A stretch of 64,000 nt of DNA. It comes from Vicugna vicugna (lineage: Eukaryota). The number at the start of each line of letters is the position of its first letter. The stretch's first letter is position 1. Below are positions 1 through 12,180 of the stretch, piece by piece. Location of the stretch: NCBI GenBank assembly GCA_013265495.1, contig MU058009.1:1798001-1862000 (forward strand), given 5' to 3'. The notes under the pieces were generated by a model. That model was not told where the DNA came from. It worked only from the letters and a program-made list of their open reading frames with translations, and made no database searches. Position numbers and translations under genes: made by a program.

Positions 1-639
1 CTCCGGGACCCGGAGTAGATGGAGGTCCCATGTTCTGCATTTCCACCCGTCCCTCTGACGTGCGCCCAGGGTGTAGGGTGATCTGAGTTCTGCTCTTGGC
101 TTTGCCTTTGGCTGCCTGGGTGACATTGCACAAGTCACTCTCCCTTTCTTAACCTCAGCTTTTCCATCCACCCAAAAGGATTAAGATGCATCATAGTATA
201 ATTCTCTTCTCCCACGGATTGGATGAAAATGTGGACTGATGAGCTGCCTTGAGTTCCTTGAAGAAGAGTATGAGTTAATTACCACCATTTGACTACCCGC
301 TGGGTAGCCCATTACCCGGCTGCTCTTGCTGTCAGCTGTCAGTTATGCATCATTTCCGTTTCCAAACCGATGTGGACATTTTACTAAAGAGAGCGCACCT
401 TCTCTCCTCACGATTAGGGGCTGGTCAGCAGTGTTCAGCCAGCCAGAGTTACCAAATGAGATGTCGCGTTCACACCACGGAATGTGGGGATGCGGTGTGC
501 TGTGTGGTGCTTCTTGCCTAAAAGAGGTGACGCAGAACCTCTATTCAGGCGGGCGGTGAGATGCTGTCGTGTTTTGCAAATTAGTGTGATGGTGACAGAA
601 CGGCTCAGTGAAGGCCATGTGCAGTTTGAAGTGTGAAAA

Positions 640-860
640 TCTAGGTTTGAAAGCCACTTATTCGCTGTGTGATCTTGGGCCAGATATCAGCGTCTCTAAT
701 CTTCTCCCCTCCTGTCTGTGAACTAAGAGTCATAAGGATAGTAATGATAAGTAACACTAAGTTTTTCACCCGCCTTACTGAGTAACTGTAAGAATCAAAA
801 TCAGCATGGAAGTAAAAACACTTGGCCTTTGTAAAGTGTATGTAAATGCTGGTTAGTATT
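640..860 (+). mobile_element. MIR SINE
   Basis: Core-like GCTGTGTGATCTTGGGCCAG..TCTCT..CTGTGAA followed by AAAACACTTGGC..GTAAAGTG..AAATGCTGGTTAGTATTA. Confidence 0.5.
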
Positions 861-2778
861 ATCTTAATTACTGTTCTCATCCAGATAGGTATTTGAACAT
901 GACAGATAGTAAATGTTTCTTAAATTGAGTCCATTAGTTTGCTTTTATTTCTGGCTTTCATGGTTCCCAGGACTTCCTTGCATTTGGCTAAAGCTGTCAG
1001 CTCGCTATTTATTCATATCTCTTTGCCCATATAGACACTCTCCCTACGAACGCACCAGCTCAGACCAAGTGCCACGTATTCCTCCTCTCCCCTCCCTCGT
1101 ATCCGGCCATTGTTCTGCTCCTGAAACTCCCATCCCAATCAATGGGCTTTTACGTAAAAACCGATGGCAGGATATGAGTGTGGCTTCAGGAATTCCAGGC
1201 TTGTGCCGCTGATAAAGAGAGTTGTGTCAAACTCAAAACACCAGAGGAACAAAATTCTCCTGTCCAACCTATACTAGTCAGATTTTTTTTTTTAATTCTG
1301 CCTCTGCCTCTAAAGACTCAAGAGCCCTCCTAGAATATAAAGCACGTATCTTTATAACGTTCCTCTGGGGACAGTTTTTAGATGCCCATCTAAGTAGCCG
1401 GATACCCACTGTCCCCACTCACCCGCTTGCCCACCTGTGCCACTTCCTCTGTTATCCTCTCCGTGTCCTCGCGCTAAGGGGTTACAGGATACAGGGCCGC
1501 TCCTGAAGTCGGTTAATTCAGAGGGGAGCTAACACTTCAGTCCTTCTATATGCTCTGGCTTACCATCCCCTTCCAGAAGGAAGGGCTCTCCCACCAGGGA
1601 GGGGCTACAGGCTGAACCCCCCTGATCAAGGAATGTGAATTGGGGTGTGATGGTCTAAGTGTCGAAGGAGCTAAAAGGCTTAACTGACTTAAGTGTGAGT
1701 GAAGGGACAACAGAACGAAAGAAGGAATTGGTCCTGAAGATGGTCCTCTCGGGGGTGGAGGTCGGGAGTGGTAGAGACCGGGCAGGGCAGGCTCTTCCTC
1801 ATTCTCATCATGCAGTGTTAATGTCTTAGGGGGGCCTGTACCTCTGTCTTCCACACAATCAATGTGACCGTATGAGCAGAGGTGGCGTGAGGAGGAGGAA
1901 CATCGGCCCCTATTCTGCCCACAGTGAAGTAGCTAAGTAAGCATGAGATGAAAACAAAACAAAACAACACAAAACACAGACACAAAGGAAAATGAAGTTG
2001 GCTCTTCATTTTAAAGTGCTCACCCAGACATTTAGGATTGAGATTCAGAGCATCTTCTGAAATCTTTTATCTGGACGTGTTGAATTAGATATTAGGGTTT
2101 TTTCCTTGACCCACAGAATAGGGATTTCAAAGTCCAGGGGGTGGTCATTGAGCTGCTCAGACACTCATCTGTTAGCTCTTAAGAAACCACGATCCAGCTA
2201 AGACCAGTCCTACTGTTCCTTTCTCCATGAAAACAAATGACCCCGAAAGTCCGTAGGATGGACTGAAGGAGCATTCTGGGTTTTTCTACACCAAAATCAC
2301 AGGGTCAAGGTAAAGAGATCAGAGGGCATCTCAGATATGTATCTCCCACATGGAAATACATTCAGCCTTGCAGAAAATGCGTTTTGTTGACAGTGGTAAC
2401 TATCTTTGGGAGGCTGGATTGTACGAAGGCTCTGGACAAACTCATCATCCTGCCATCTTAACTTCTTAACTACGTCTGATGTCTTGCCTAAACATACACA
2501 GATTTGGAAATAGCTAATGTAATGCTTTCTCATTTTTCAAGAAACTCTAAATTTCTGAGTTTAAATTGGTTTGGGTAATAGGAAGCAATATTTTCTCAGG
2601 CTGCAGAAGGCCCAAACATCTCTCTTGTGAAGGTACTGTGTATAGAAAGCATCGTGAGAGACGTGGCTCTTGTACACTTTTTAGGGTCAGAGATTTGGGA
2701 AACATCAGTCCTTCTCAACTTTCTTAACCTTATTTTAAAGGCCGGGGAAAGTGGAAGATTATAAAAACTATCTTCATC

Positions 2779-2992
2779 CGGGCTGTCCAAGGGAACTTTC
2801 TGCGAAGGTGGGTAGGTACTATTTTGTGCTTTTCAAAATGGTAGTCACTAGTCTGGCTGTTCAAACAGCTGCTAACCCTGCAAATGTGGCTAGTGCAAAG
2901 AGGAACTACACTTTAAATTTCGTTTTATTTCATCTTCATTCATCTACGTTTAAATACAGGTGGCTAGTGGCTCCCATATTAGACAATGCAAG
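2779..2992 (+). mobile_element. MER3-like hAT-Charlie MITE
   Basis: Termini GGGCTGTCCAA..AACTTTCTGCGA and GTGGCTAGTGGCTCCCATATTAGACAATGC, with internal AAATGTGGCTAGTGC..GAGGAACT. Confidence 0.7.
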
Positions 2993-4479
2993 TCTGTATA
3001 TTTTAGGTCAACGACATCTCAAAATCTGAATTCAGTCCGAGGGTATATTTACACGGCTTATTTTTATCTGAGTCAGCAATGTGTGATCCACATGGCAACT
3101 GCCACTTCCATTGACTCTTATGACTGACATTAAAGCAGAACCAAATGACCTGGAGCTACCAATGCTGGCCTGGAGCTGGCACTAGGGTTACCACCTGGTC
3201 TCTCGGCTTCCTTGCCTGTTCCTCACTGACCTTGAAGAACATAACGCTTTCTTTTCCCGTATATACGATGGGTGCATTTGGACTTTGTCACAGGGATATT
3301 CACAAATCATGATTCCATGTGCATTGCGCTCATTAGAGAAAGGTATGAGCTCTTCTGTGCTCTTCTTCCCTGAGAATGACCTCAGCCAGAGAGACTCCCC
3401 GCACAGGACGATGATTCCGTGTTTCCCCATTTGTAGAACACTGGCACTGGGCTAGATTATTTTTCAGGTGGTTTTCAGCTCTAATGCTTTGTGCTGCCAT
3501 AAGTATGTGATTCCTTGTTACAGAGGATGCCACCTTATTAACAGAGTCGGCTTTTCTAGTTCCAAGATTCCTGTAATTTGCGGTAGGACTGTTTCTCCTT
3601 AAGTATCAGCAACTTATTCAGCAAACAACTAGCTAGAGTGGGGGACTCTGAACCCCAGTTTCCCTCCAGTGAGTGTTCCCTGGGCTAGCGTTGTTTGATG
3701 GTGCAGTTACCAAGACCCACGTGGCTGAGAGCTCCCAGCCATGAAACGATTTCTCTCTTTCCTTCGCGGTCCTCTCCTGTGGACAACAGAACATATGACC
3801 TGCTGGACCTGCTGTGGCTTTGGAATTACCATGAGGAGTAAGTACTCAGTCCTTCTCCAGGGAGATCTGACCTCCTTACTGAGGCCTCTCCAATGAGCAG
3901 AGCTATGCTGGCTTTGCCTTGGAAGTCTTCCAGTGGTGCCACAGAGAAGGCCAGCCCTGTGTCTACCCCTGAATCGGTGGCGTGGATTTCTGAGCTGAAC
4001 TGTTTAAAACCAAGATGAACAGACGCCATAGAGAAGTCGGCAAAGTTCCCTGCAGTCTGTCTCTCCAGGATAGCTCCAGGGCTGCTGAACCTCCATGGTC
4101 TTGCTTCTCAGGCGCACCTGGCCTCCAGAAAGGGTAGAATCCAGGTCACCCCCAAGGCCTCTGGGAACGCCCAGTTCGAGTCTCCGATCATCTCACTCTG
4201 ATGACGTACAGGCTCCACCGTTAGTCAGATATTTCTACAGTGCATGCACTTTCAGAAAAATCTCCCTGCAGCTCGAAGGCTTCTGCCTTCGCTCTTTCCA
4301 GATGGCCCCTGGGATGCGGGGAGGAAGTGTGCATGGAATCCGATTCTGTGACAAGGTCCTTCAGCTGCTCCGGGACGTCGTGGCGAGCAGCGCGGCGTGG
4401 GTTTCCACTGTTCGCTGTGAGCTCCTCGCGGACAGACGCTGCCGGTTTGCCCCAGAGACCCCAGCACCTGGCACGTGTT

Positions 4480-4760
4480 TGCTGAGCACCTTCTGTGGGC
4501 CAGGTGCTGGGACGCGGTGGTTAAAAACAGACAGGCAAGGCTCCTGCACGGAAACTATAGTCAAGGACGGAAGACAGATACTGAACTGGTTGTTATAAAC
4601 ACAAAGAGTTCTGTGAAAAGGGAAGTAAAAGGTGCTTCAGGAGAGGCTAATACGTGGACCTAACCTAGTCTCAGAGGTCAGAGGCTTCCCCGAGGAAGTG
4701 ACATGAAGGCTGAACCCTGATTGATAAGCAGGAGTGAGCATGAAAGAGAAGAGGCCTTCG
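4480..4760 (-). mobile_element. L2 (LINE-2) fragment
   Basis: TGAGCACCTTCTGTGGGCCAGGTGCTGG..ACAGACAGGCAAGGGCTCCTGC..GGTCAGAGGCTTCCCCGAGGAAGTGACAT is typical antisense L2 3' sequence. Confidence 0.55.
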
Positions 4761-5975
4761 GTAAGTGGTTGCTGACTGAGTGATGAATGAAATACCGCTT
4801 TGCCCACACGGCGGCTCTGCTAAATTCTTCCAAGCTCCCAGCGCCGTCACTCCAGCCATGGTCCCTCTAGCCATCGTCTTTGAGTCCCTAAGGCATTTTC
4901 CTGGCTGTTCTTTTCTTAAGTGAAGGCAAGTGAAGTGAAATAAGAATGTCACAAGAGGACCATTCTCTTCTCGATTACCTTTGATGATCAGACCAGTGTC
5001 TTACTGATGCAGACAGTCCATATGTATTGATATGCCTTTAACACGCAGTGCATCCAAAAGTCTCAAGGGCAAGAAGATTCTGGAAGGCTTACTTCCACCT
5101 TTGACAACCACAGCCTATTGGATGGACTTGTTCTCGGCTTGGTCTAACTGCTCACCAGCAAATTCAGGCAGCTTTGTGACAAGCAGAGCTCTGGAAGCCC
5201 TGCCTGCCGGCTTTGGTGTGAACTGCTGTCTGCCCTCCAGGTCCTGGACCTCCCCAGCTTCGGTTTCCTCAGCTGCAGAACAGGGAGATTCTGCCAATGA
5301 TAATTTTACCTCTAAGTGCTGTTGTAATAAAGATGGCCGTAAAAGCATTTTGCAAGATCAAAAACAGAAGACCAAAAAAAAAAAAAAAAACACGCCGACT
5401 GAAGAGGCATGTTATCTGTATCTAGTGTTTGCTAGAATCTCAGAGAAAGCTCTCTGATCTGAGACTTTAGAGAGGTTAAGAATTGGAATTGGCTTTCAAG
5501 AGCTTTTCTGGAGATGCCGTGTTCCATCCCTCATTGTTATTTTTGAACAACTTTGGCGGGAGGTTATCAGTAATATCAATAGCATTAATGATAATATTTA
5601 TTGAGTAGTTACCAGATGAGCCAGGCACTGCCCTGCATTTTAGGGGTTCATTTCCACCGCAGCCGGTGGAATGCATCTAGTACTGGAAATACTCTACTCA
5701 TGGATAAGAGGAACCAAGGGCACAGAAAACTCAAGTTACTCGTCCCCAAGTTATGCAGCTCGGATGGTCTGTCTGATCCCAAAAGCTTTACTCACTTCAT
5801 ATGTGAAATATTTTGAACTTTTCAGAAGAAAAGCTCAGGGCTGCCAAATGACCAGACTTATACAATTAATTACTCCTGCCCTGGAATACAAGAGCACTAA
5901 CATTCAAGGTTTATTTTTGCCATTTCTTTGGCCCTCTGCTGTCCCCGCACGCCTCCGCCCCTCTTGTTAACTGTG

Positions 5976-6273
5976 CAGGCAGACCTCGGGGCGGGGGGGT
6001 CGCGGGTCAGGTTCCAGACCACAGCAAGAAAGCGAGCTTCGCTGCAAAGCGAGTCACAGGGAATTGTTTGGCTTCCCAGTTCATATAAAATTCACATTTA
6101 CACCACACTGTTGTCTATTAAGTATGCAATAGCATTGTGCCTGAAACCTTTCATTAAAAGATACTTTATTGCTTAAAAAAGGCTCACCATTATCTGAGCC
6201 TTCAGCGAGTTGTGGACGTCACATCAAAGATCGCTGAACACAGATCACCACAACAAATATACTAATAATGAAA
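5976..6273 (-). mobile_element. Internally deleted Tigger1 (TcMar-Tigger) derivative, Tigger1a_Art-like
   Basis: It starts with the TIR-like CAGGCAGACCTCGG, followed by ..GGTTCCAGACCAC..AAAGCGAGTCAC..CTATTAAGTATGCAATAGCATT..CTGAGCCTTCAGCGAGT. This is joined to ACATCAAAGATCGCTGAACACAGATCACC..AATAATGAAA, which resembles the other end of Tigger1. Confidence 0.7.
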
Positions 6274-9029
6274 CAGTCAGGGGAAAAAAAATCTTTTTTC
6301 AAATGCGTCTAAACAAAAATGAATTGCATTAAAACTAGCGAAAGTCACCCCAAAGGAGCGACACTGAGGCGTCAGTCGCGTGTGATGAGAACAGACTATG
6401 TAAGTGGAGAGAAAGGCAGGGGGCTCCACTCTGTTTTGTCACCAAGATCTTAAACAATTTTTAAGGGTCTTTTTATTGCCTCCCCTCTCCCCCACCCCAC
6501 CTCACTTGGTTGGATGCTACGAGAGAAAACAACACTTGCACCTCCTTGAAATGCAAACAATAGACTCTGCCTGCGCCACTTCTGTTTCCCCACTAGGGAA
6601 TCTGAGCGATGACCTGATTGAATTCCACTCGCAAAGGTCATGCTTTGAATTCAAGGCAGAGGAAAAAGCGAAGAAAACACTTTGCAATGATACCCCCTGG
6701 GTCCCGAGCATGCCGGGGCCTCTCCTCACTGCACTGCAGTCTGCTGATAAGGATAACGTGGATGACAAGCGGAACGTTTCCAGGATAAAGGAAATTCCCC
6801 ATTTCATTGTGTAAAGGAAGCCACCACCGTCCACGCGGGGGAGCGAGGCTAGGGGACCGGGCACAGATTTCCCTGCCCCGGCAGGAGAGGTGGTGCAGTG
6901 CGAACAGAGGGCCGCCCAGTTCCTCGTGGGCCCACCTCTCCCTGAATTCATCCAGGGAGCACTGGCGGGGTTGGAAGTCAAGGAGGGGTCATGGCAGTTT
7001 ATGGCCTTCATAGTAGTTAGCCAGACTCTTGGAGATGGAGGCACACAGGCCGGGGGCCTGAAAAGCCTGATGCGTACAATGTGGCCCATTGAGGAGTCAC
7101 AGAAAAAGCACCAGGAGATTTAGAGAAGTTGATCTGGTTTTAAGTTTAAATTCTGGACCTCCTTTTCTCCCCACCCCCTCCAAGCCAAAATGTCAGAAAA
7201 GGGCCTGGTTTCCCTTTATGGAGTGCAAAATAAACAGATCTTCAGCAGCAGGAGAGGGGCCCAGCTCCCCAGCCCATAATGCCAGAGCCGGGGGTGGGGG
7301 GCCGTGGGGAAAAGCAGTTAGTCTTCTGTCTGGTTAGTATTTGGCATTGACTTTCATTTTCTCCGACCTCTGTTTTCTCGAAGCCTGCCTGTACGGGAAA
7401 TACAGGAATAAAAGAGAAGCTGATCTTGGGGGGGCGGGGGGGGTGCATGGGATTCTTGCCAGACTTCAAAGGAGGTGGCCTTTTGTTTTCTGATAGTTTG
7501 GGGAGGCATTTGCAAACTGAAAACCGCCTTGGGGAACTGAACCCAGAGACCTTTGCTGCTGGCTGGTCCCAGCGCGCTGCTCTGGTCCTGATGGAGCCCA
7601 GCTCTCCAGCCTCCTGGTCCTCCTGCCCAGCCCCGGGGAGTGCACCGAGCCCTGGGCACGGCGGGGTCAGCTGTGGTTAGCCTGGCCACAGGGCTCTGCA
7701 TTCCTGCTGGGCTCTGCTTGGTTTGGGTGGGTGTGACCACGAGTTTACTCTGGAGAAAACTGAGACAAAGGTCTAAATTGGGCAGGATCTCGAATCTAAT
7801 GACTTGTTTACAGATCCTGTACTTTTTTCAGGGCAGGGAGGAGGAGGAGGAGCAAAGGGCAGGCTGGTCACTGCGGGCACGTTGTTGTTTTTCATTCTAA
7901 GGAGGTGGGAGAGTTTCAGCAAGCAGCCGGGCATCTGCCGGCAGCCAGTGGGCCAGGCGGCACTCTGTGTAATTTTCCAAGGTGGGGAGGAAGCAGCCGC
8001 GGCCGCGGCCCCTGTCCACTGGCCGGGCTTCCGGGGCATCTGCTGCTCTGGAGAGGGCATCCGCCCTGCCGCATGACAGGCTCCCGCGTCCTCCGACTGC
8101 AGCCTCGGGAGATGGGGGAGGTGACCCTCTTCACCCGGCCCCAAGCGCACCCCACGCTGGGTGCCCTGCAAAGGACGTGCACCTGTGATGTGGCCAAGGA
8201 AACAGAGCAGGGCCTGTGGAAGGAGAGAGGCGCTGCCTGGGCGGGCCTCCCTGATAGAACAGCAGACTCTTTAAGGTTTTGCTATCAGGCGGTGTTTACT
8301 GAATGATTGCTAAGTGTAAGAAATTCCTCCTCCCAAAAAGTGCACTGCAATTTGAGGCCTTGTGTTTCCAGATCCTGGCGGTTCCTTCGGCATTCAGAGG
8401 TGCTGCTTCCAAGACATTTAGGCCCCGGGGCTGACCGAAGGGTGGGGTTGCACCACGATCCCAGCTGGGCCCACAGCAACCCACGAGGTGGGTATTGCAA
8501 TTAGCATTTTATGAGGAGGGAACTGAGGCCCAGAGAGGTTGGGTGATTCACTCCAGGCCGCTCAGTGGCTCCATTCACCCCGCTGCCCCTCCTCGGCACC
8601 CAGTCTGCCAGGTTCATGAGGCGAGGCAGGAACCGACGTGTGCCTAAGCTCCTCAGACTGAAAGGGTGGGGAAAGGGTGGCCGTGAGGTGTGGTCTGCCC
8701 CTCTCCTGGCCTGTCTCAGTTGGGTGTGGCTGATTCAAAATTGCACTTCAAGAGAACGTGCGCCCAGGCTGCGACCAGTGAGGCCCAGATGCCGCAGCAC
8801 AGCCGGTTCTTGCTTTCCAGAAGGGCTCCCGCTGTGGCCGTGGGGACACCTCCGGGGCTGTGGGGCTGCTGGAGGTGGGGGCGGCATCCCCCGGACTCTG
8901 GAATGGAAGGGGCTCCAGTTAAAGATGCATCAGCTGTCCTACCCACATCCTATAAACACTACACCAGCTCACGTTCATTTTATGCTCTGTCACTTCAAAA
9001 CTCTGCCATGTCTGTTAACTCATTTGAGA

Positions 9030-9190
9030 GGCGGGCATGGCTGTTACAGCTGGAAGGAGAGGCAGCCTGAAGCCACAGACCCGGGTTCAAATCCCAGCTC
9101 CAGTTGTCAGCTAGAAGGGGCGGGCTGCCGTGGACCCTGAGCAACTCACCCAACTTCTCCCATCCTGCTTCCTCCTCTGCAAAGTGGAGG
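9030..9190 (+). mobile_element. MIR SINE
   Basis: GAAGCCACAGACCCGGGTTCAAATCCCAGCTCC..GTGGACCCTGAGCAACTCAC..CTTCCTCCTCTGCAAAGTGGAGG. Confidence 0.6.
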
Positions 9191-9657
9191 ACTTGCTCCC
9201 CCAAGTCCCCCGCATGGTGGGAGGTGGGGTACGGAAATGATTCTCCCCTACCTTCTGAGAGTCCCCAAAGCTGGCTGCCGACCCCTCCGCCTCCCGGTCC
9301 TCTCCCGGCTGGGCTGGGGCCTGACCCGTGAGGAGGCGAGGTCCACGGGAAGGAGGAGGTGGCGAGACTCCTTTCCACTTGTTTCCTGCACCTGGAGACA
9401 AGCACAGAGGCCATTCTTCGGATGACTTATTGTTTAGAGCTTTTGTTTGTTTTGGTTTGGGTTTTTTTTTTTTAACTTTACAGAAAGAGGACTTGCATAT
9501 TTTTGACATCTCCATTGTTCCTCTCTGCTGCCTGTCCCAGCTCCCCACCTTGCAACTGGCTGATCACTGGAGAACCTTAGTTAATAGTAACGGCCTGTGT
9601 GATGTGTCTGTGCCCCAGTGGGTGGAGAGTCGATGAAATGGGAGACTCTGCAGAGCA

Positions 9658-9900
9658 NNNNNNNNNNNNNNNNNNNNNNNNNNNNNNNNNNNNNNNNNNN
9701 NNNNNNNNNNNNNNNNNNNNNNNNNNNNNNNNNNNNNNNNNNNNNNNNNNNNNNNNNNNNNNNNNNNNNNNNNNNNNNNNNNNNNNNNNNNNNNNNNNNN
9801 NNNNNNNNNNNNNNNNNNNNNNNNNNNNNNNNNNNNNNNNNNNNNNNNNNNNNNNNNNNNNNNNNNNNNNNNNNNNNNNNNNNNNNNNNNNNNNNNNNNN
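9658..9900. other. Assembly gap (243 N)
   Basis: Run of N. Confidence 0.99.
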
Positions 9901-10779
9901 TAATTATGGAGCTTTGGGGCTCGCTGCGACCACAGCAGCCTGCCAGGACTGCGAGGGGGAGGGGGAGGCACCCTGCTGCCGAGCCCGGGACGGGGACACG
10001 CGGGACGGTGTTCAGATTCTAGCCTGCCACTTCCGGCCGTGCAGCTTAACCTCTTAGACTCTTAGTTTCCTCATCACTTAGGTGAAGAAAATATACCATT
10101 TCACAATGCTGTGAGGACCAAATGGTCCGTGTGTGTGTGTTGTGCACTCAAGCGCTTCCCTCTTTTCTTGTATATTTGTGTATGATGTGCGGACATCCGT
10201 CTGGATGGTACATGCATAGCTGTGCATACAGAAATTCAGAATATAGGTGTGTGTGGACGTGTGCATATATGTGATTGATTGATTTATGCCTTAAAGAAGT
10301 TTCCATGGCAGTCTAAGGCAGCCCATTTCTGATAGATGCGGCATTTGGAAGTCATCGAAATCTCCCTAATTAACTGTCAAATGGCCCTTCACACCCAGGC
10401 GGTGAGAGCTCTGGATGCAAAAAGGATGAGAGTTCTGTGGGACCAGGGAGATCCCGGGCGGTCTGGAGTGACAAGTGAGACTTACTCTGGGCTTTGGAAG
10501 CTGAGCTTCCTTCATCATGTCTGCCGGGACAAGCTAGCAGTGACACCAGGCAGGCAGGTGCTGCAGGACAGCCAGGTGCTTCGGGAGCCCTGCACGGGCA
10601 TCGGCTGGCAGGAGCAGAGCTGTGGAGGGCTGAGAAAGGAGGGGAGAGAGAGGGTCGGGACCAGGAAGGGGAGGTGCGGTCAATCCGCCCGACGCTGACC
10701 GGTCAGCTCCCTTAGAAGGTCTACACTGCATAGACTTCTTTCCTTCTCTGTTTTTTGGCTTAAAATCTTTCTCTGCCCT

Positions 10780-11070
10780 TTAAATGTATTGTTTATTTTT
10801 AAGCATTTTTTAAAATAATAATTTCCAAAGTAATACATCATCTTTGTATAAAATTTGGAAAATTCAAGGAAAGAAAATCACAAAAGAAAAATACACAAGC
10901 ATCCACAGCCTAAGAACCCAGAAAACAACCTAGTAATATTTTGGCACATTTCCTTCTAGTCCTTTTAATGCAAATATACAGACGTATGTGTCTTGTTTTT
11001 AATCTAACCAGAATCCTGTTGTTTTGCAACCTCCTTTTATTCTCTTCCTATTGGATTATGGATTTTTTTT
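10780..11070 (-). mobile_element. Old L1ME-type 3' UTR fragment
   Basis: AT-rich AAAGTAATACAT..AAAATTTGGAAAAT..AGAAAATCAC..AATATTTTGGCACATTTCCTTCTAGTCCTTTT pattern. Confidence 0.5.
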
Positions 11071-12029
11071 CCCCTGTATCATTTAGCTACTACTGTAGAT
11101 CACTCTCCTAGGGGACGTACAGCTCAGCCATTGGGAGTGTGAAGGGCTGGGCTTCTGGATAATCTGTCACCTTGCTGCTCTTCAGCTTCTGGACCTGGGA
11201 CGGCTAGACTTCTTCCTTTTTTATTTTAATAAAACATTCTTTCTGGGCTTTAGAATGAGCCCACATGAAATGCTGAAAATGGGATGCTGAAGCGGTCACA
11301 GGGTCCCCCTTGAGTCATACAGCGGGAGATGCTGGGGAGGCGGGGGCCTGGGCCCCCCTCCTTGGGTCCTCAGATGGAAGCCGGGCTGAGACGGGGTTGC
11401 AGGCAAGCCCAGGGCTTGATCTGACCGCACCCACAACCCTGTGCCTCCTGCTCGCAGGAGGCCTCTTGTTGCATAGGCTGCTTGCCTTACACATACGTGG
11501 AAAGCAGCCACTAAGAATAGAAGAGCTGCCTCTTTTCTTCTTCCGTTGTCAGGCCCCGCAGTTACTGCTCAGCTCCTCTGCGTCTGGGGCAGCTGTCTGC
11601 CCCTCCTCTGCCCTCCCAGCAGCAGGGTCAGCCCGGCTCCTCGTCAGAAAGAGGCCAGGCCCTCCCAGCCCGCTCCGTGTGTGGTGGAGGTTGGGAAGGT
11701 AGCTTTACTGAGGGCTCTTTGTCTGGTAAGGGAGCGGGCCCTCTCTGCACAGGAGCCCCTCTGGCCAGAGCCCCTGCATCTCCCCTCTGCCAGCCAGTGC
11801 TCTGCTGCCCCTCTAGCCCCCACTAACCTGAGCTCGGTCCACCAGCCTTGAGAAGCTGGAACAGGCAGCTCTGGGAAAACCTGTCCCTCCCAACGGGGCG
11901 CTGGCAAGTTGGTGAGGGTGAATTTTCTGGGTGGAGCAGCGGCTATGCAGATTCACCCCGGCACGATGCCTCACGGAGCTGGCACAGCCAGACCCTTCAT
12001 CAGTGCCTGGACTCGCATGGTGCCACTGC

Positions 12030-12180
12030 CAATCATTCATCCTTCCACTAGAAGGTACTGAGTGCCCCCTGTTGCAGGCGCTGTGCTGAGGATAGTGATG
12101 GGACAGAGGCTAAAACAGACAAGGTCTCTGCTCTCATGGAAGATACAAAGAGTATAAAAGGAAGCAACTAGAACTGAAGA
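12030..12180 (-). mobile_element. L2 3'-end fragment
   Basis: TCATTCATCC..GTACTGAGTGCCCCCTGTTGCAGGCGCTGTGCTGAGG..ACAGACAAGGTCTCTGCTCTCATGGA. Confidence 0.55.

Noticed and set aside
4692-4727. GAGGAAGTG plus TGATAA (ETS-GATA pair)
   Set aside because: It lies inside an L2 remnant whose consensus already resembles these bases. There is no independent support without conservation data.
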